64,000 nucleotides of DNA from Macrostomum hystrix (lineage: Eukaryota; Animalia; Platyhelminthes), in assembly GCA_950097015.1 (NCBI GenBank), contig CATNEN010000039.1, forward strand, positions 15,376,001 through 15,440,000. The letters are read 5' to 3'. Of this stretch, positions 57,647 through 64,000 are shown piece by piece (positions within the stretch are counted from its first letter, which is position 1; the number at the start of each line of letters is the position of its first letter). The translations under genes were made by a program, and so were the position numbers. The notes beneath the pieces were generated by a model. It searched no databases. It was not told where the DNA came from and saw only the letters and a program-made list of their open reading frames with translations.

Positions 57647-58976
57647 CGAGGGTTGTCCGGCCAAAAATAGGACTGCTCAAATATTACTTCAACTATGTGA
57701 GATATGAATCTGAAAATCGATAATAATATTTTTCAATGTCTATGGACATAACTCCTCAAAAAGCTACAGCAGCGCATTTATGGTTTCTTGACACTGCTTA
57801 AGGCAAGCTTTTGCCTATCGCATACCCCTACGACATTTCCTAGCACTTATCTTACCACTTACGATGGTTAAATAGCGCGAAATCGTTGTTGACTGCTTCA
57901 AGGCCGGGAGATTGGCCAAGGAGTGCATGCAGCACCTGCAGGCCATCTACGGCAGCGAAGCCTTGTCGCGGAGCCAAGTGTATTACATATTTGAACAGCT
58001 TCGTGAAGGTCACGATGGCTCTGATGGCAGAGGTCACCATCGTGATCCAACTGTTAGGACGCCAGCGAATGTGGCGATGGTTGAGGAGCTGATCAGCGAC
58101 GACAGGCGTCTCACTGTCAGGGAACTGTCTGACTTGACTGGCATATCGAAGACAACTGTTGACGAGATTCTGACCAAGGATCTGCAGCTCAAGCATGCGT
58201 CAGCAAGATGGGTGCCGCACCTTCTGACTGAGGAGAACCGAGCTGAGCGAGTTCGCTGCGCCAAGAACTTCTATCGCCTGATGCGCAGCAATCCCGGCTT
58301 CCTTGATCGAGTCATCACTGCTGATGAGACATGGCTGCACTATGTGACGCCAGAGACCAAGGTTCAGTCGAAGCAGTGGGTTCCGCGTGCAGCTGCGGCC
58401 CCAACGAAAGCGCGGGTGTCGCGCAGTGCCAAGAAGACCATGGCCATTGTGTTCTTCGACTCGAGCGGGCTGGTGTACACGCATTATGTGCCAAATGGGC
58501 TGACGGTCAACAGCCAGTACTACTGCGAGGTCCTGGACACTCTGCAAGATCATATCAGCCGCAAGAGGCCGCAGCTGGCGCGAAGAGGCTGGTTCCTCCA
58601 TCATGACAATGCCCGCCCCCACGTGTCAGCGTTGACCCAGCAGTTCCTGGAGAGGCGAGGCATTCAGACTGTGCCACATCCGCCGTACTCCCCGGACTTG
58701 GCCCCATGCGACTTTTGGCTATTTCCTAAAGTCAAAGCCGCGATCGCTGGTGCCCGTTTTGACTCCCTACAGGAGGTCAAGAATGCTTGGGAGGGGGTCA
58801 CGACCCCTATGCCTGCGTCTAGCTTCGCTGAGGCCTTCGACAAGTGGCTGGTGAGGTGGGAGCGGAGTCTGGAGAAAGGTGGCAACTTTGTTGAGAAGTG
58901 ACTCAAGTTTCGTTTTGTTTGCATGCATTGTTGCTGAGTTATTAAAGCAGTCCTATTTTTGGCCGGACAACCCTCG
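57647..58976 (+). mobile_element. Mariner DNA transposon, 1330 bp
   Basis: Perfect 31-bp TIR CGAGGGTTGTCCGGCCAAAAATAGGACTGCT; TA on both sides. Confidence 0.97.
57864..58901 (+). pseudogene. D,D34D mariner transposase with an in-frame TAG at codon 4
   Basis: WVPHLL, ITADETW, HDNARPH, YSPDLAPCD; ATG 57864 is in frame, TAG at 57873-57875. Confidence 0.85.
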
Positions 58977-60117
58977 TATTTTTTCTATAAGGGTTTCCAT
59001 AAGCATATAGTTCATTTTTTGTTATCTACACTATGGAATATTTATATCTTCTATTAACAGTTAACACTCAGTATTTAAGTATTAAATTTAGATTTTACAT
59101 TGAATAGGATTACTATGCTGACAAGATGTTTTTTGGTTACAATATAAAACTCTTTTGGCTTTCAAAGAAGTGGCAAAGTCATACCTATTCCATAGCTTAA
59201 CAAATAGACGTAGCATAGACATCAATTTACTATTTACAGTCAATTGCGAAAGCCATCTGAAATGCGTGAAGGGGGTACATTAGAGAAACATGTTTCTGGG
59301 AGATTCTGCTAAAGGAAAATAAAAAGGTTTGAGTATATCATATTCTACATAAAATTCTATGTAAAATTTTAATGGGATACACTTGGAAAACACTATAGAC
59401 AATGATTGAAAAAAAGAAAAGAAAATTTTAACCAAAAAATTAGCAAAGTAAAAAACTTTCTTTTACTAAAAAGAATTGTTAATATAGGTTTTTATATCCT
59501 CTTTCCTAATTTTTAATTTGTTTATTTCAGTATCAATGTATTAGTAAAATTTTTAAGTTCTATGTAAGGTAGTTTTTTTTTCTAAATTTTGATCACACAG
59601 AATACTAAAAAAATAACCAATTTTGGCACTGAATAACTTTTTCGTTTTTGCACTAATTGTAGCAGTAAATCTAGCTAGTATACTGACAAGTAGCAGAGCA
59701 CTACTACTTGCCATCATGGATGTAGACTCACTAGTATTAGTACTCAGACTCAGAACTGGCACTTGCTTAGTATACTTGGTACTAGTATACTAGGTATACT
59801 TAGGTTAGCTATATTAGGTATACTAAATATACTAGGTATTGACTTTAGTTGTGGCTCATAGTTGGAATCAGCATCTTCATTAAGTTCATCTTCAGAACTA
59901 ACATTTGGACTAGGTTTATCATTACTTAGGCCTATTGCAGGTGACTTCTTAGAAAGGCTATTGGGCTACTCTTTGGCATTGCCTTCTTCTGTTGTCAACC
60001 TAGATCTTGGGCCTGTTCAGTCATGAATCTGTTAGGCTGATAACTTAACCTTGATTAACCCTTGACTGTTGATTCATGTTTATAATTGAGAGTTATTCTC
60101 TTCAATAAAACCATCAA

Positions 60118-61070
60118 TACAAGGGGTGTTCAATAAGTTTCTGGATACAGAAAAAAGATAAAATAAAGAATTAACATTAGGTCTTTTCAAAGTACTTCCC
60201 AGCAGTTTCAGTGCACTTCCACATCCTCTCAAACCAAATAGAAAAGCAGCCATTCCATTTGGACTGAGGGATATTGTATAGGCAACTGTGTAAGGCCTCA
60301 ACAGCCAACTCTGGTGACTTAAACCAAACTCCTTTGAGCAGGTGCTTGACCCAAGGGAAGGAAGGCAAAGTCACACAGGGTCAGGTCTGGACTATACAGT
60401 GAATGTTAAGGCAGCTAGATACATTCTACTCTATAATGTTAATTTGTTGTCCAGTATGGGCTAGGGAATTGATGCAACAGGCCATGAGTTTGAGTCTTTG
60501 CATACCTGTCGTTGATGGCCTGTAGCACCTGCAGTGTGCATTTGGTAACAGACCATCTGGCAGTCATTGTCCACTGTTTTAGCAGTGGGATGAGGGAAAT
60601 AGGACTGCTACAAGCCACAAAAGCAGCAACCATTTCCTTGTCAATGCTTTAGGACTACACCAGCTTTGAAGGTGGTTGGCTGCCAACTGGGGTCCACTGA
60701 GTCGAATGCTGCTTGCTTTTAGGGTTGAAACTGTATACCCAGGTTTCATAACCTAGGTATATCTCCCGGGTGCTGGTTGACCTTACATGTTATATGTTGA
60801 GCATGGCTTGGCACCAATCGACCCAGGCCTGCTTCTGCTCCTGGGTCAGGTGGTGGGGTACCCAATGGGTGGATACCTTGCTCAGCCTGAGTCTTTCATG
60901 CAGAATGATGGTGGTTCCCAATGAAATGCCAATAGCTGTGGCTAATTGCTGAACTATCATTTGTGGATCTTCTTCAATGAGTGCTTGCAATGTAGCACTT
61001 GCAATTTTCACTGGTTGTCAAGCTTGAAGGTCTTCCCTCAATCTTTGTCTTAATGTGACAGCTGACCCCG
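60118..61070 (-). mobile_element. Degenerate mariner relic
   Basis: Fragments WVPHHLT, SPDLTLCD-like and GKYFEK with multiple frameshifts; terminal TACAAGGGGTGTTCAATAAGT. Confidence 0.8.
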
Positions 61071-63236
61071 ATGACACTGGTACCAGTAGTGCTAGTACAC
61101 TGGTACTAGAAGCCACCTAGAAAGAAATAAAAGAGATATAAACCTGATTATTACTGAATTGGCAATTCCATAAGAACTATATTCTTATATTAATAAGCAG
61201 AAAGACAAAATATGTCAAATTTTAGCAAAAATATTATTATGTCAAATCACTTCTATGTTTAGCCATTGTTTAAAGAGCAAACAAATATACTTGAAAAATA
61301 GAAACCAAATGAACAATGTTTAAGTGTCAGATTATTTAAAGGATTGTGAGCATTGTTAAGCATTGATTTTAGTGACTTTGATTTGCCTTAGGCTTCATAC
61401 TGTGATAATGTGATATGAGCAGTTGTAAAATTAATACAGCTATAAATATAGATATCAAATTTACAAAAAGGTTTTAAACAAAAGCTTTACTTTTTATTGT
61501 ACTTAAAAAAATTACAATATTTTTTTATTTCCACCTACAAAGAGTTCCTTTTCTGCCTTTTTATCATGTTTTAAACTTGCAAAATAACTTGACATTTTGA
61601 TTTTTAATATCTAAATGTTTTCAGACAGTTTTCAGACACAATCTACATAAGTAAATAAGAAACCAACAGAAACATAAGAAACTAGTAACTGTAATTTTTT
61701 TTGCTTTTCAAAACATATTACAAGTAAAAAATAAGTCACTTTTCAGAGATACTTTTTAGTTTACTTCAAAAAGATGTCTTAAACTGCTCTTTAAGTCAAC
61801 TTAAGTGGTTGTAGAAGCCAATTAGAAGATAACTTTTAGTCAAAAAAATTTACTTGGGTTACTGGAGGATATAATTTTAGCAAATTTAAGTATTCTGTTA
61901 TCAGAAGGCAAAGGCACAACTTGCACATTGTTGGCAAAACTGCTGGACACAAACTTTCTGTAGCAAAAACACTTTCACAATGGCACTGGTTATGGATGTG
62001 TTAAATTGCATTCTTGGCTTATTGTCAAGAATAGCATATTGCACATTTTATATGCAAATTGATAAAATTCACAGAAGCCTAGCATATGTGCAACACAGGT
62101 GTAATTAAATGTTATCATTTGGATTCTCAAGCTTAGAAATTTGAAATATTTTCTTTATATTCTGGGTTTGTTAAATTATCTCTTGTTTTTTTGCCATGTC
62201 TCCAGTAATATTGAAAAACATTGCTTTAATTTTACTAGTCTTGCTAGATGCAAAATTAACAATTGTGAAAAGAATGCAATAATTTAATGTGTTGTAGGCA
62301 AAAGTACTTTCTGACATTCCTATCAGTTTTGCTTATTGAAATCCATTTTTAAACTCTTCCTGTGTTGGTTTAGAAACTTATTCCCATTGGGTAGCTATTT
62401 CAAAAGGTAAAAATCAGCAGCTTCAGGGCAATACAAGAAGTGAGCCAAAATATAAGCAAATTAGACATATTACTTTTATAATTGTAACTAAAATGGTATA
62501 GCATTTAATTGTAAACTTTTTAAGAAAAACTCTTAATTTTGTCTTTAACTGTAGAACACTAATCAAAAGTTACTTGATGGCACCAAAAGGACAATGGGCT
62601 GGAAAGCACTGATGCTCTAGCAAAATACAAATACAGAAAAGTTATAACCAAAGAGCAGCTGCCTTTAAGCCTAGATAGCCATGCAACAATTCAATACAGT
62701 TGTTTAAATGCTTTATAAATATTATGATGCACTTTTCTTTTTGACAAGGTCATTTATTTTTTTATCAATTAATTTATCAAATTTTTATGTATTTTTTACT
62801 GATTCCTTGAGTTAAGTTTGACAACTAATCAAAATCTTAACCTTCTAACCCTCTGTTTAAAAAAGACAAAGAGGTCTATGATCTGCTGTAACAAAAAATC
62901 TGAAATAAAAAACTGAACCCCTTATAGCATGTGCACCATAATATAAGAAGTAATGATAATAATTTTTTGAATATTTACAAAAAAATAAGATAAGTTCATA
63001 GCTGTTAAAGTCAAAATTTTCATTATTGGTCATTTTCATGATTTAATCATGATTAAAATGAAAATATAAATAGTAAATTGATAAATTGTAACTAATAGTT
63101 TATTATATAATTATTCGATATAAAATTATACACACATTTAAAAAGATATAATAAGTGCTATTTGATAGACATGAATAATAGTTATAATTTTCATTTAAGG
63201 CCACATTTTTTATTTTAATTCCAGCCCATAGCTAAA

Positions 63237-64000
63237 ATGTCTAACCGGCCAACTAGAGGTAATCAGGTTGCAATGAGACCCCACCCTCCACAGAGGACAT
63301 TCGATCCTACAATGAGGCGTCCGATGGGACCTAGGGGCTCGTCTGGACCACCCAGTAGGCCTTTCGGACCACCTAGGCCTAGAGGCTATCCAGAGCCACG
63401 TGGCATGCGGCCTCCATTTTTGCCTGTCCAGCACTTCTATGGCCCGCCGCCGAACACAAGACCTCCGCCTTATTTGATGAGACAGCAGCAGCAACAGCAG
63501 CCGCCCCCGCCACCTTATGAACTGCAATCTGGGTCCTTTCCCATGCAGCAAATGAACCGGTTGATTCTGCAGCAGCCAGGAGGTCAGGGTCCACCAGTTC
63601 AGTCCTGGGTTCCCGAAAATCAGCTAAAGCAGCACGGAGCCGGTCCCGATTTAGGCCAAGACAAAGGCCCCTCAAATTCAAGTGCAGTGCAATTATTGGA
63701 GACTCAGCCTGGTCAAAATAGCACGCCACCGCCGCAGTCTGCTACTGGGCAATGCTCTGCTGAAGATGGCGACGATGTCGTGTCTCTTTTTGGCGGCAGC
63801 GACTTTGGCGATAATGAGAATGCCAATGGTAATGCAAATAATGGCAAGTCTGATTCAGGAGACAAACAGCAGCAACAGCAGCAGTCAAATAATGCAACTG
63901 CCAAAAGGCTGTTGGAGAATCCTACAGATGCTTCTAGGGCGCCAGTCCTTAATTCAACGCTCGACTCTGGCAGACAGCCAGATTTGCGTAGTCAGTTAGG
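63237..64000 (+). CDS. Pro/Gln/Arg/Gly-rich low-complexity protein N-terminus, open to the window end
   Basis: Strong acceptor TTTTAATTCCAG ending at 63224, ATG at 63237, 254 codons without a stop (MSNRPTRGNQVAMRPHPPQ...). Confidence 0.8.
   Translation, partial: MSNRPTRGNQVAMRPHPPQRTFDPTMRRPMGPRGSSGPPSRPFGPPRPRGYPEPRGMRPPFLPVQHFYGPPPNTRPPPYLMRQQQQQQPPPPPYELQSGSFPMQQMNRLILQQPGGQGPPVQSWVPENQLKQHGAGPDLGQDKGPSNSSAVQLLETQPGQNSTPPPQSATGQCSAEDGDDVVSLFGGSDFGDNENANGNANNGKSDSGDKQQQQQQSNNATAKRLLENPTDASRAPVLNSTLDSGRQPDLRSQL

Overview
Eukaryotic (animal) genomic DNA. Short GC-rich exons separated by minisatellite-filled introns resemble a free-living flatworm such as Macrostomum; this is an inference from sequence style, not a database match. 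Host genes: an AADAC/NCEH1-like esterase, two divergent rhodopsin-like GPCRs, a 5-exon EGF/TSP1 single-pass protein, a divergent Arf-like GTPase, small membrane-protein ORFs, a Pro/Gln-rich ORF running off the right end, and a standalone bacterial-type thermonuclease with intact catalytic residues. Mobile DNA: an internally deleted Mag-like gypsy element, a probable solo LTR, a Crypton-like tyrosine-recombinase element with a nested MITE, a young Gmr1-type LTR element (integrase before RT, identical LTRs), a gypsy fragment, a 5'-truncated RTE-like LINE, two tRNA-derived SINE families and two mariners. The least explained signal is a ~590-nt non-coding segment (39738-40327). It folds by eye into many G-U-containing helices on the + strand, ends in TTTT, and matches no ncRNA family I could recognise. 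All splice models and helices were derived manually and need confirmation.
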